Shown here piece by piece: positions 63,101 to 64,000 of a DNA stretch of 64,000 bases. The stretch lies in assembly GCA_040954595.2 (NCBI GenBank), contig CM082597.2, forward strand, positions 1,934,422-1,998,421, in the 5' to 3' direction. The position numbers and the translations under genes are program-made. The DNA is from Balanoglossus misakiensis. Its lineage: Eukaryota; Animalia; Hemichordata. The notes beneath the pieces are model-generated. The model was not told where the DNA came from and did not search any database. It saw only the letters and a program-made list of their open reading frames with translations. The stretch's first letter is position 1, and each line of letters starts with the position of its first letter.

Positions 63101-64000
63101 GCTAAACGCCATCGAAAAATTCAGATTTTCACCCATGTTTTCGGAAGTTTTCGTATTAAAATTTTCAACGTTTCTAGTGTCATTTGCTAGCTTTTAGCCA
63201 CTTTTTTACAAAATCCAAACCACGTGCACGTTTTGGACATTTTTTTCAAAACGAACAAAACTGGGCGCGCGCTCATCTTCCCGCGCAGAACGGTGTCGTC
63301 TGTTTCCGGGCCGTGCATGTGCACGTAGTAATTACGCGCCAAATATGGCGAATTCTCTGGTCGGTCGCAAAGCTGCAAATCACGCTGATTTGCATCGAGA
63401 CCCAGATGAGAGAACAAGGCATTGATTTATACATGATATAGGAAAATTAAAATCACAAAATGGAATTTGTTCGATGAAATAATACGACCAAATCTGGCGA
63501 TTCCTGCGTCCAAGGAGACATTTCGAACCGGAAGAATGTAAAATCACACTCTACATATATTGTCATTAATTAGCAAATTTTCAAATATTGGCTCATGAAA
63601 TCATTGCGAACTGATCGCCATTGAAAGGTCGGTAATAAATTGTGCAAACTGCGCCCGAAATGAGCCATTAATTTTCCCACGATTGAACAAACTTCGGGAG
63701 TTTAGTTAGCTCCTCATTTGCGTCTAGTTCGATGGCGATGTGGCGGTAAGCAAAGAGCGGGCATATTGACAGGCATGTAATTGATTGCCAAATTGAATTC
63801 AGGTCACGGCGGCGGTGACCCCTTATGATAACTTGTTCATTTAGCAGACACCGCACGACCGGTCGAAGAGTTCAGTCTGGATAAAAAAATTACCGTATTA
63901 TTTGAAATATGTTGACTTTTAGAATTATAGTCGCCATGGCGATTGTTTGGTGGGGTGAGAAACAGAGACTATGGCGGCCTAAGAAAGACAATTGATATGT

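Overview
AT-rich eukaryotic (metazoan, probably invertebrate deuterostome) genomic DNA. It is mostly non-coding, has no obvious CpG depletion and carries many microsatellites. The supplied ORF track shows only one real coding block, the ETS-domain exon at 21968-22473. Reading splice sites by hand reconstructs a complete 5-exon ERG/FLI1/FEV-subfamily ETS gene on the + strand (12028-22473, 256 aa, no PNT domain). A second, anciently diverged tandem paralog starts about 17 kb downstream. Its four homologous small exons are at 39180-39249, 40433-40507, 44883-44951 and 52751-52798, with a candidate extra 45-nt exon at 39950-39994. Its ETS exon was not found in the window. All introns are phase 1. 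The proteins combine FEV-like N-terminal exons with the ERG/FLI1-like pre-ETS exon and C-terminal tail. The rest is candidate cis-regulatory DNA, degenerate dispersed repeats and simple repeats. I found no prokaryotic system, CRISPR array, intact transposase or RNA gene.
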